IMG/VR virus record: IMGVR_UViG_3300005563_000031
Coordinates: 1-64,000 of that record
Direction: 5' to 3' (one strand)
Origin: a virus
Length of the DNA: 64,000 nt
Shown: positions 39,279-47,553 of the stretch, piece after piece
Layout of the letters: each line of letters begins with the position of its first letter
How positions within the stretch are numbered: position 1 is the first letter of the stretch
Position numbers and translations under genes: made by a program
Notes under the pieces: generated by a model
Seen by the model: only the letters and a program-made list of their open reading frames with translations
The model's database searches: none
Told to the model about the DNA's origin: nothing

Positions 39279-39565
39279 AGTTGGTAGCGATAGCGTTTGT
39301 GATTGTGAACCTGAGTCGCGGTTGAAGAAACCGTAATTTGAGATTTACCAACACTGCGTTAGCGCGAGGCGCGAAATAGCCCTAAAAACATACTATCTCG
39401 GTAGACGCGGGTTCGAATCCCGTCCCCCGCCCCATATCACTATGCGGGGGTGGTGCAGCGGTTTAGCACAACTGGGTTAACTGTGATTGCGACAAACAAG
39501 GTAATTTCGCGGGTGCCCCCAGGGGCGGGTTCGTAACTACGGTAAATGATACGGATTCCGCCCCT
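39279..39565 (+). ncRNA. ncRNA with circularly permuted tRNA-like core (YrlA-like topology) and 6-nt periodic flanks
   Basis: T arm 39407-39423, acceptor 39424-39430/39444-39450, CCA 39432-39434, D arm 39453-39469, closing stem 39397-39402/39471-39476; terminal hairpin 39521-39565. Confidence 0.8.
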
Positions 39566-39591
39566 CTATTAAGATAAGAGAGATACCAATA

Positions 39592-39927
39592 ATGACAGTT
39601 AAAATTCTACCTCCTCTGAAACTGTGCACCCCACAGCAGCGCAAGTTTCTTACACAACGCCTCCACCAATCGCGTACGCCGTCGCACTACATCAGCTGGC
39701 GTGACAACGACCGTGACGCCGAAATGCCAAAGGACGTGCGCGCGGCGAAACGACTTCTGTTGCAGTGGCAAAAGCAGCGGCAGCGGATGGCCGACGCATC
39801 GAAAACTATCTTTAATCGCGCACACGAGGAGGCTAAAACAGCCATCCTGTTTAAAGGACCAGACGAGGCCCTACACGCAGTCGAGCGATACGAGCGGATG
39901 TGCCTCGAGGCGCGCGAGAAGGACTAG
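39592..39927 (+). CDS. basic hypothetical protein
   Basis: 111-aa ORF converging on the spanin gene. Confidence 0.6.
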   Translation: MTVKILPPLKLCTPQQRKFLTQRLHQSRTPSHYISWRDNDRDAEMPKDVRAAKRLLLQWQKQRQRMADASKTIFNRAHEEAKTAILFKGPDEALHAVERYERMCLEAREKD

Positions 39928-40415
39928 CGCTGCGGCTCTACTTCGGCTTGCAAAGCGCTGCACTGTCGATAGTGCTCCCAGTACTCGGCGGCAACGCGCA
40001 CAAGTAGGCCGTTAATTCGTCTATCGCTGCCGTCGACAACGGTCGCATCAGTGGCTGGTCCACGACCGGTTTCGGGCAAGGCAATACTTGGGGGGCTGAT
40101 ATGCGTGGTGCGGTGGAGCAACCGATTAACGAGTTCGCCAGTAGCACCGAGGTTAGCCACATCCGCTGCGTGTTTCTTTGAAAGATCATCAATGACCTGC
40201 CTGTTATTCGCAAGCGTTGTATCTCGATCTGAGATCTGCCGAGCTAACGTCAGTGTAGCAAGTTTCTGGTCGGCGAGCTGTTGTGCGAGGTGCTGATTTT
40301 CGAGCGCCGTGTATTTGTTATGCCACCCATTCCCCCATACGTACAACGCCGTGAATGAGCCTATGAGCGTTGTAAGTGCGATCGCAGCCGCGATAAGCCG
40401 CGCTTGTGTGAACAT
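39924..40415 (-). CDS. i-spanin (Rz-like)
   Basis: N-terminal TM, periplasmic coiled coil, C-terminal Cys; downstream of holin. Confidence 0.75.
   Translation of the reverse strand: MFTQARLIAAAIALTTLIGSFTALYVWGNGWHNKYTALENQHLAQQLADQKLATLTLARQISDRDTTLANNRQVIDDLSKKHAADVANLGATGELVNRLLHRTTHISPPSIALPETGRGPATDATVVDGSDRRINGLLVRVAAEYWEHYRQCSALQAEVEPQR
39938..40162 (-). CDS. o-spanin lipoprotein (Rz1-like), embedded in the i-spanin gene
   Basis: signal peptide MWLTSVLLANSLIG-C lipobox; Pro-rich; alternative frame inside Rz. Confidence 0.65.
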   Translation of the reverse strand: MWLTSVLLANSLIGCSTAPRISAPQVLPCPKPVVDQPLMRPLSTAAIDELTAYLCALPPSTGSTIDSAALCKPK

Positions 40416-40424
40416 ACTTACAAC

Positions 40425-40766
40425 CTATGTTTGTGATACAGGCACTGTGGTCCCCGGCGGTCCTGATACGGAAGTGGCTGTGGTTGTAGTGGACGCCACA
40501 GTAGTCACCCCGTTCCAGTCGCGCCCGCCGCGAGTGTAGGTATCAAATACGAATTTTAAAAAGCTGTTGATTGCCACAAAAGCAATGGAAGCAAAGCCCG
40601 ACGCTTCGAGTTGGTGCATGGCGGTCGGGGAGTTAATATACCACATAACGAGTATGTAATCCATCCACACCGTCCAAACAAAACACGCGCTAAGAAACAA
40701 GCGCGGGAATATCCGTAGCGAGTCAATTGTTTCCGCAATATCAAGCCAGTGATGCTTAGCTTTCAT
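40425..40766 (-). CDS. holin
   Basis: two TM segments; IDSLRIFPRLF; upstream of spanins. Confidence 0.7.
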   Translation of the reverse strand: MKAKHHWLDIAETIDSLRIFPRLFLSACFVWTVWMDYILVMWYINSPTAMHQLEASGFASIAFVAINSFLKFVFDTYTRGGRDWNGVTTVASTTTTATSVSGPPGTTVPVSQT

Positions 40767-41278
40767 CGCGTGTCCTTATATGCCCGCTCAATTCTATCAG
40801 CGAGCACAGCGACTTTCGTCGTCAGCAACCCAACCACATCGCGCATCGCATGTCGTTCGGTGCGCTCAACGGCGGCGTTATCCTGGAACTGCCGCATTGC
40901 TTCACCAAACACGCGCTTGTTGTCTTCGTGCATTTCGCGCCGTTCTATGGCCATCTTTTCGAGCTTTTTATCCAACTCCTCGCGCGTCACCATATTGCCC
41001 ATGGCGTTTTCCACGCTGTCGATTTTCTCGGAGAGTTTGTCCACACGTCCTGCATGGCGCAACACGATTAATTGAAGGCAGGTGATGAGCAGCGCCCACA
41101 AGCCGAGCGCTATGAGACTCCAACTTGGTCCGGCATCGCCCGGATTAACTGGTGTCACGTTGTGTACCGTCCTTGGTCGTCGTAGATAAAATACAGCCAC
41201 TTCGGGGTCTGTGTCGTCGCTAGGCGATGCCAGCGGCGGCCACTGATTGCTGTTGACCGATCCTTGGTCGGAATCCAC
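40763..41278 (-). CDS. membrane-anchored coiled-coil protein (lysis-associated)
   Basis: one TM plus coiled coil; GAGG RBS; start uncertain. Confidence 0.6.
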   Translation of the reverse strand: MDSDQGSVNSNQWPPLASPSDDTDPEVAVFYLRRPRTVHNVTPVNPGDAGPSWSLIALGLWALLITCLQLIVLRHAGRVDKLSEKIDSVENAMGNMVTREELDKKLEKMAIERREMHEDNKRVFGEAMRQFQDNAAVERTERHAMRDVVGLLTTKVAVLADRIERAYKDTR

Positions 41279-41374
41279 CCCACTATTTCCTCATGCCAAA
41301 GGACTCTTAGGTCCTCGCCATGCTGCCTATAGTATAATTCCACATCGAATATAACACTGGACTTTCTGCAAATC

Positions 41375-42052
41375 ATGGAACGCGAGCCCGTTGATTTTAC
41401 AAAAGGTGCTGAGGAAGTGATCCGCGTGTTGGCAGACGGGAGCAGTTCCGCACGCAAGATACTTAAGGCGCTGCTGAAGACGCAGGACCCGATGAACTCC
41501 TTCATCGACCTTGCCGACATGGAAATGCGCGGCAACCAAATTGCCGTTGCCTTCTTGTACCACGGCGGCGACATACAGCGTTTCACACAGGCGCTGCTGG
41601 ACCGCGATCCGGAAATGGTCAAGTACGTCAACGCAACCGTAACCGGCGTGCCGCCGTGTCGGCGCGGCCCGGATCAAAAGCGCATCTCGCCTGCTGACTT
41701 CGCTGTTCAGAGCGCACTGCAAGCGCAAAAGATGGACAAGGTCACCGAGCGCATGGATGAGGGCGCCGAGCACGTACACAATTTCTTCCTCGGCCTGTTG
41801 AAACAAATGCAGGCGAGCCGCAAATTCACCACCAATATGCGGGTGAACTTAGGCCTCGAGGGCGGGTACATGGGCGTGTTTGTTATCCGCCTCGCGGAGT
41901 TGGTAGATGCAGAAGGCAAGCCGTACGGGCAGCAGCCGCAGGATGAGGCGAAAGCGGTGCAAGAGACTTACGAGCAGATTGCGAAAGAACGCGGCGATGT
42001 CGCGCCGTTGCCCGAAGATGTACAAAAAGCCATAAACGAGGGTCGTTGGTAA
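41375..42052 (+). CDS. hypothetical protein
   Basis: 225-aa ORF with phage codon bias; TATAAT upstream. Confidence 0.7.
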   Translation: MEREPVDFTKGAEEVIRVLADGSSSARKILKALLKTQDPMNSFIDLADMEMRGNQIAVAFLYHGGDIQRFTQALLDRDPEMVKYVNATVTGVPPCRRGPDQKRISPADFAVQSALQAQKMDKVTERMDEGAEHVHNFFLGLLKQMQASRKFTTNMRVNLGLEGGYMGVFVIRLAELVDAEGKPYGQQPQDEAKAVQETYEQIAKERGDVAPLPEDVQKAINEGRW

Positions 42053-42351
42053 TGCTGTCAATCACTGAAATCATGTCCGCCAAAGCCTACCACGAGCGCG
42101 GATTGCCGCCGGGGGCGATGCGTCGGTGGGCCTTTCTCGTAACGCCCGAGGAGTTGGCAAGCCTCGTCGACGAGTGTGGGAAGCGACCGGAATTGGGGCT
42201 AACACTCGAACCGCAGCAAGCGGCTGATATTAAGGCCGGACGCGCAGCGCTGCATGTTAACGGGCTGATGATCATCCCGGAGTTGATGTCGCCGGAGGAC
42301 TCCAGCGCGCAGTTTGTCAGCATGATGGATCTTCCGCCGGGCAGTGCATGA
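42052..42351 (+). CDS. hypothetical protein
   Basis: TAATG coupling. Confidence 0.6.
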   Translation: MLSITEIMSAKAYHERGLPPGAMRRWAFLVTPEELASLVDECGKRPELGLTLEPQQAADIKAGRAALHVNGLMIIPELMSPEDSSAQFVSMMDLPPGSA

Positions 42352-42665
42352 ACACGTGGGTAGTATCGATTGGTATGCTTGTGTGCTGGGCGATTATTTG
42401 GTTCGTACTGCGCCCCTTTGTACAACAGGAGTTAGCGCGGCGAGCCTCGCGCCACCATCGCCCGCAGCCGCAGGAGCTGTGGTTGCAAGACCACGACATG
42501 CTGCTGTACATCACAAACGTAGGTCCGAACGGTGTGTCTATCGCCTACTACAACGGGCGAACGATTGAACAGTGGACGGATAGCTGGGGGGACTGGGAGC
42601 GGCGCTTACACGCGCGCACAGTCATTTTTACGGGCAAGAAAAGTTTGCTCGCTCCCGGCGCTTAA
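42348..42665 (+). CDS. membrane-anchored hypothetical protein
   Basis: ATGA coupling; N-terminal TM. Confidence 0.6.
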   Translation: MNTWVVSIGMLVCWAIIWFVLRPFVQQELARRASRHHRPQPQELWLQDHDMLLYITNVGPNGVSIAYYNGRTIEQWTDSWGDWERRLHARTVIFTGKKSLLAPGA

Positions 42666-42691
42666 GGTATAGCTCAGGAAGGTAAAAGAAA

Positions 42692-43927
42692 ATGGAAAAA
42701 TGGGAACGGGAGGCTAAAACCTTCGCAAAATGGTGGCACACGGGACAGTACCGTAAGTATACCAACGACACCGTGCCGTACTACCTGCACTGCGGTGCGG
42801 TTGCGCGGTTGCTGAAAACACACGTACCTAGCGCGACGCGCGAAATGATTATCGCAGCGTGGTTACACGACACGCTCGAGGACACGGATGTTACGGCGCT
42901 TGAAATCTACAATACCTTTGGCTCCGTGGTGCTACAGCACGTCGAGGATCTTACCGAGCGTAAGTACCCCGGCTGCGGTCGACGCGAACGCAAAGAGCGG
43001 GAACTCGCACGACTTTCGCAAGTCTCGATTGGATCTAAAACTATTAAGTTAGCTGATCTACTCGACAATGCGAAGGATATACTCGAGAAGGACAAGGATT
43101 TTGCGGTGGTGTACTTGCGCGAGAAACGCGACTTACTTACCTACGCGCTAAAGGACGGCGATCCGGTGCTGTGGGCGTTGTGCGATCGCGTGGTGGAAGA
43201 CGGTTTAAAACTGTTGTCAGAATTTAAGGGGATTTCCAGCATGAAAACGGGCTTAACAGATATCACGTTAATTGTCGATAGATCCGGATCGATGAATAAG
43301 ATTTACAATGACACCATTGGCGGTCTCAATTCCTTTTTGCAATCGCAGCGCGCCGTGGAAGGCGAGGCAGTGTTTTCTGCCGTACAGTTTGATGATAAGT
43401 ACGAACAGGTCGTGACAGGCATCGACATACAACGCGTAACGAATTTCACGCCTGGGTATGACTTTATGCCACGCGGTTCCACAGCACTGTACGATGCGCT
43501 GGGACGCACTATTACGGCTATTGGCGCGCGGTTGAAGGCGTTGTCTGAAGAGGCGCGGCCTGAACGCGTAATGGTCGTGATCGTTACCGACGGCAAAGAG
43601 AACGCGAGCGAGGAATTTACCAAGAAGCAGGTGTTTGATATGATTAAACACCAAACCGACGTGTACAAGTGGGACTTTACCTACATCGGCGCAAACCAGG
43701 ATTCCATGCAGTCTGGAGCTGCTATCGGCATCGCTGCGAGCAAAACGATGGATTACTCGCATACAGGTGTAGGCGCACGGGGTGCCTTCGCTGCTGCATC
43801 TAACTACACGCACAGTTTCCGGGCCGCCCCAACCCGCGAGGCTGCGAGTGCGAGTGCATTCACGGCCGAGGATCGCAAAGCGGCGGCGGGCGATAGTGCG
43901 GGACTTAAGCCGGACAGTACCGTTTAA
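42692..43927 (+). CDS. (p)ppGpp hydrolase-like HD domain fused to a vWA domain
   Basis: HTGQYRK...PYYLH, AAWLHDTLEDT, IKLADLLDN; MIDAS DRSGS, GSTALYDA, IVTDGKEN; internal start at 43241. Confidence 0.85.
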   Translation: MEKWEREAKTFAKWWHTGQYRKYTNDTVPYYLHCGAVARLLKTHVPSATREMIIAAWLHDTLEDTDVTALEIYNTFGSVVLQHVEDLTERKYPGCGRRERKERELARLSQVSIGSKTIKLADLLDNAKDILEKDKDFAVVYLREKRDLLTYALKDGDPVLWALCDRVVEDGLKLLSEFKGISSMKTGLTDITLIVDRSGSMNKIYNDTIGGLNSFLQSQRAVEGEAVFSAVQFDDKYEQVVTGIDIQRVTNFTPGYDFMPRGSTALYDALGRTITAIGARLKALSEEARPERVMVVIVTDGKENASEEFTKKQVFDMIKHQTDVYKWDFTYIGANQDSMQSGAAIGIAASKTMDYSHTGVGARGAFAAASNYTHSFRAAPTREAASASAFTAEDRKAAAGDSAGLKPDSTV

Positions 43928-43969
43928 TAACACCCGCACTCCTCCTCTCTTATCATAGAAGGGTAACGT

Positions 43970-45475
43970 ATGGTCACTGCAGTAAAGGTACAAGGTAATG
44001 CGCTCGTAGACGGCGACGGTACGCCGCTACAGCTGCGCGGTGTAAACTGTTCGGCGCTCGAATTCGTGGCGATCCAATACGCCTCCGCATCCCCCAAAAC
44101 CAACTTCGATAACTGGGGCGGCCAAAAGCCGAATCTCAGCGCTGTCAAGTCCTGGGGCGCCAACAGCATCCGTGTGCCTCTCAACGAGCAAAGTTACCTT
44201 GGACTCGTATGCACTGACCAAACCGGTGCGCAACTTTTGGCAGATCCGGGCGGTAACTACCGCAGTGCTGTGAAAGCGATCGTGGACAGTGCGACCGCAT
44301 TGGGGTTGGCGGTGATTTTGGACTTGCACAAGAACACCGCCAACTTCACACCGGCCGGCGCCAGTACGGCAGTGCCTGGCTTGTCCAACACGAGCGGACA
44401 GTCGGAGATGGCGGATGCCGACCACAGCTACGACTTCTGGTCGGCGGTTGCGAACGATTACAAAACCTACCCCAACGTGCTGTTTGACCTCTTTAACGAG
44501 CCGCATATTGACAATTTCCAAAATCCCAGCACTTTCTCACCAAACCCCGGCACTAGCTTGCCGGCAGGACTGAACACCGAAGCGGCATGGGCGTGGGCTG
44601 TGTGGCGCGACGGGGGCACCGGTAAGCTGATCTACGCCAACAACCAGACCTACTCGCAGAACTATGCCTCTGCCGGCATGCAGGCCATGTTGGATGCCGT
44701 GCGCGCGACCGGCGCCACGAACATATGCATGGCGGGCGGGGTATCGTGGGCGCAAGACCTTGCGTTGTGGACGCAGTTTTGTCCCATCGATCCGATCAAA
44801 CAACTGGCGTGCTCGTGGCATGCGTACCCGAGCCAACAGAACCCCGCCTACCCGAGCTATCCGCCGGGCACGTGGTGGGGGCAGCCGAAGGGCTCGTTTG
44901 ATTACGCAGCCGACATTCTCGCCGCCGGCTACCCGATCATTATCGGCGAAACAGGAGACGATCCCAACAACCAACTCATGCCTGTACTGTTGCCGTGGGC
45001 GGATGCGCACAAAGTATCTGTTACCGCGTGGACATGGGATGTGGGGTGGGGGAATGATTCACTCATTGCGGATGCGAGTGGCACACCTGTAAACACCGGC
45101 ATCGCGTACAAACAATGGCTTCAAACGCACACCTCCGGAGGTACTCCTGTGTCCACTACCCAAAATGCAGCCCTGTCGATCGCCTACAACAGCGTGGCCG
45201 GTTTCCCGGCGGGCAGCGTCGTTGACCACATCAACGTTGCACTTACGGCGAAAAACAACACCGCCAACACCCCGCCTGCCAAAAACGTCGCGCCCGGCAC
45301 TGCCAATGTGACCTTCACAGGACTCGCACCGGACACGTACCAAATTGCCGTGCAAGCAATGCCAGCGACGGGCAGCGGGTTTGGCACGCCGGCAAGCGGC
45401 TCGATTACCATTACGCAAGTCAACACCACTATCTCGTTGTCGCTGCCAAGCACTGTCACTGCTACACAGCCGTAA
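43970..45475 (+). CDS. glycoside hydrolase family 5 (cellulase-like) with C-terminal Ig/FN3-like domain
   Basis: LRGVN, WGANSIRVPL, VILDLH, LFNEP (acid/base), WHAY, IIIGETG (nucleophile), AWTW. Confidence 0.9.
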   Translation: MVTAVKVQGNALVDGDGTPLQLRGVNCSALEFVAIQYASASPKTNFDNWGGQKPNLSAVKSWGANSIRVPLNEQSYLGLVCTDQTGAQLLADPGGNYRSAVKAIVDSATALGLAVILDLHKNTANFTPAGASTAVPGLSNTSGQSEMADADHSYDFWSAVANDYKTYPNVLFDLFNEPHIDNFQNPSTFSPNPGTSLPAGLNTEAAWAWAVWRDGGTGKLIYANNQTYSQNYASAGMQAMLDAVRATGATNICMAGGVSWAQDLALWTQFCPIDPIKQLACSWHAYPSQQNPAYPSYPPGTWWGQPKGSFDYAADILAAGYPIIIGETGDDPNNQLMPVLLPWADAHKVSVTAWTWDVGWGNDSLIADASGTPVNTGIAYKQWLQTHTSGGTPVSTTQNAALSIAYNSVAGFPAGSVVDHINVALTAKNNTANTPPAKNVAPGTANVTFTGLAPDTYQIAVQAMPATGSGFGTPASGSITITQVNTTISLSLPSTVTATQP

Positions 45476-45738
45476 TGGGTCTTCGAACGACCGTTGCAGG
45501 ATTGGAACAGTGGGCAATCTTGCGCGACGTGTCACTGGATTTGCCCAAGCCGGGTGTGCTCAAAGCATGTCCGTTTTGCGGGCATCCGGCCGCATTTGCT
45601 GACAATAGCAAGCGCTACCAAGGACACGACAAGTACGTTATTGCCGTGTCCTGTTCCAACACGAGCTGCGGTGTGGTGACGCCGGGTCACTACACCACAC
45701 GAGAGACTGCGGCCGAGGCGTGGAACCGGCGCGTGTAA
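45475..45738 (+). CDS. Lar-family restriction alleviation protein
   Basis: LKACPFCG...C...C...AAEAWNRR. Confidence 0.8.
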   Translation: MGLRTTVAGLEQWAILRDVSLDLPKPGVLKACPFCGHPAAFADNSKRYQGHDKYVIAVSCSNTSCGVVTPGHYTTRETAAEAWNRRV

Positions 45739-45754
45739 CAATTCGGTGACATTT
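45736..45754. repeat. trailer arm of a long-range inverted repeat bounding the tRNA array
   Basis: TAACAATTCGGTGACATTT is the reverse complement of 52692-52711 except for a 1-nt bulge. Confidence 0.85.
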
Positions 45755-45759
45755 GGTGT

Positions 45760-45835
45760 TGGATCACCCGGATGGAATCGAACCATCATGTACGATGTTC
45801 AAAGCATCGTTGGGATACCAGTAACCCACAGGTGA
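45760..45835 (-). tRNA. tRNA-Gln(UUG)
   Basis: loop CTTTGAA; TTCGATT T loop; CCA. Confidence 0.85.
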
Positions 45836-45838
45836 AAA

Positions 45839-45973
45839 ATGAGTCGATTTGAACGTGTGGTGATCCAACTGCTGATCATTATCGCTAATAGGGTAGCGCG
45901 CAGTGCATCACCTGCAGACAGAATAAACATCGATCACGACGGGTGGCCGATGTACGGCGACAAACCCTTTTAA
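45839..45973 (+). CDS. 44-aa ORF filling the spacer between two antisense tRNAs
   Basis: MSRFERVVIQLLIII...; AGGTG RBS; exactly spans the spacer. Confidence 0.45.
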   Translation: MSRFERVVIQLLIIIANRVARSASPADRINIDHDGWPMYGDKPF

Positions 45974-45974
45974 A

Positions 45975-46050
45975 TGGATCAGGCGGTTGGAATCGAACCA
46001 ACGTGAACTGCGTTCAGAGCGCAGTGGGGATGCCAGCAACCCACACCTGA
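45975..46050 (-). tRNA. tRNA-Gln(CUG)
   Basis: loop CTCTGAA; CCA. Confidence 0.85.
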
Positions 46051-46058
46051 GAATTTCT

Positions 46059-46241
46059 ATGACAACAGAGAAAACTGCTATTTGCGGAGCGATCCGGCCT
46101 CAAGAAAAGCCTACGTGCCGACGTTCGCAAAAGATTGGCGGGCCGCGCTATGTTTGTGGACGCGAACCGAAGCACGAGGGGCCGTGCGGCTGCTGGCGGT
46201 TTTTGTCGCAGGTCGCTGCTGCGAAATTGGCGGGAAGGTAA
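46059..46241 (+). CDS. small Cys/His-rich ORF between antisense tRNAs
   Basis: ICGA...YVCGREPKHEGPC. Confidence 0.45.
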   Translation: MTTEKTAICGAIRPQEKPTCRRSQKIGGPRYVCGREPKHEGPCGCWRFLSQVAAAKLAGR

Positions 46242-46300
46242 GGAGTTGCACCCTACTTTTGGGGTTTGGAGTCCCATAGCTCGCTCCGAGCACCGACCCG
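46228..46300 (-). tRNA. tRNA-Trp(CCA)
   Basis: loop CTCCAAA; TGCAACT T loop; CCA. Confidence 0.75.
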
Positions 46301-46307
46301 TGAAACT

Positions 46308-46670
46308 ATGCCTATCTACGGTAGTCTAACACTACGCGCACGAATACTGGCAAACGATGAGCCGGCGTGGTTGAAAAAGCACGCACGCCGCGATTACATC
46401 GTGCAAGTACATCTTGCCACACCACGCTGGTACTCGCGTAAAGAAGTCGTACGGCTTAAGCAGAAGGCGCACGAGCTGTCGAAAGCGAAACGACGCAAGT
46501 ACGTACTGGACCACATCATCCCCCTCACACACAAGCGCGTATGCGGTTTAAACGTACACCACAATATGCAAATCATCGATGCCGGCACGAATGCGCGCAA
46601 ATCCAATCACTGGTGCGAGTGGCACGGGGAGTTATTCGCGGAACCTGAGCAGTTTCCACTGTTTCGATAG
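46308..46670 (+). CDS. HNH endonuclease
   Basis: ATPRW, LDHIIPL...VCGLNVHHNMQII....NARKSN. Confidence 0.9.
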   Translation: MPIYGSLTLRARILANDEPAWLKKHARRDYIVQVHLATPRWYSRKEVVRLKQKAHELSKAKRRKYVLDHIIPLTHKRVCGLNVHHNMQIIDAGTNARKSNHWCEWHGELFAEPEQFPLFR

Positions 46671-46758
46671 CGTGCCGGGCGCCGCGTGCCCATCGGTGCT
46701 AGGAAGTTTTGTGGCCCGCAAGCGGGGAAGATTCCTACGACGGGACGCCCATGCACTC

Positions 46759-46847
46759 TGGCGGAAGGCAGTGAACTCGAATCACAAACGCTTATCGCGT
46801 TCCATCCGCTTTCCAAGCGGCTCGAGGCCCTGCCTCGTTTACCTTCC
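46759..46847 (-). tRNA. tRNA-Ser(GGA)
   Basis: loop TTGGAAA; long variable arm; G73-CCA. Confidence 0.85.
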
Positions 46848-46852
46848 AATGT

Positions 46853-46941
46853 TGGCGGATACCGTAGGAGTCGAACCTACACGGCCCGTTAAGACCCTAA
46901 CACCGCTTTCAAGGCGGGCGAGCGCGCCAGTGCGGGTATCC
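46853..46941 (-). tRNA. tRNA-Ser(UGA)
   Basis: loop CTTGAAA; long variable arm; G73-CCA. Confidence 0.8.
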
Positions 46942-47015
46942 GAAAAGTAGGTGAGGCCCGGTGCAGCGGATAGCACTTGGACAGGTGCGTCCACACCGGG
47001 GGTCACCGAGCAGCT

Positions 47016-47059
47016 GAACCGGAACTGCGCTTGTTCCTTACTGGCCTTTCGGCCGGTTC
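47016..47059 (-). ncRNA. small three-way-junction RNA motif, copy 1
   Basis: GAACC-GGCC(GAAA)GGCC-AGTAA-hairpin-GGTTC. Confidence 0.55.
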
Positions 47060-47172
47060 GTTTGCGAGTATAAGGGCACTTGCGCGCGGGTGCAGTCGCT
47101 TACTGCACCTTGCGTCACGACCAACGCGCAGCAGGAGCGACACTGCCGCCATGGCGTCTAGCAAGTGTTTTC

Positions 47173-47260
47173 TGGCGGATGGCAATGGAGTCGAACCACA
47201 AGCGCTTGCGCACTCCATCTGTTTTCGAGGCAGTGCTGACACCGTGTCAGTTTACCATCC
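47173..47260 (-). tRNA. tRNA-Ser(CGA)
   Basis: loop CTCGAAA; long variable arm; CCA. Confidence 0.85.
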
Positions 47261-47373
47261 GTAAAATCTAAGGCGGTTAGGTTTAAGTAGGGGGCAAACC
47301 CTTACCCGGCGCCGGGCCCAGCATCACCGCAAGCCCCTACCAGTCTTGACCAGCAAGTACCGGTAGGAATGTT

Positions 47374-47462
47374 TGGCGGAAAGCAGTGTACTCGAAACAC
47401 ACACCCGTTAGGATGCCCTCTGTTTAGCAAACAGGTACGAGCGCCTGCCCGTTTTACTTTCC
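47374..47462 (-). tRNA. tRNA-Ser(GCU)
   Basis: loop TTGCTAA; long variable arm; CCA. Confidence 0.85.
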
Positions 47463-47468
47463 GTAAAT

Positions 47469-47547
47469 TGGTCCCCGCAGCAGCTTGGGGAGCTGCGACC
47501 GTCCGGTTAAAAGCCGGATGCTCTTCACCCGTGTGAGCTATACGAGG
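47469..47547 (-). tRNA. tRNA-Lys(UUU) with aberrant T loop
   Basis: loop CTTTTAA; T loop TCCCCAA; CCA. Confidence 0.7.
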
Positions 47548-47553
47548 AATGTT

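Noticed and set aside
39397-39520. Two-piece (permuted) tmRNA
   Set aside because: It has a full D stem, G3-C70 rather than G3.U70, and C73 rather than A73; no convincing tag reading frame follows.
706-45475. Alternative genetic code suggested by long overlaps and in-frame fusions
   Set aside because: No common codon at the expected ends. TAA, TAG and TGA all end well-conserved genes, core genes are uninterrupted, and no suppressor tRNA was found.
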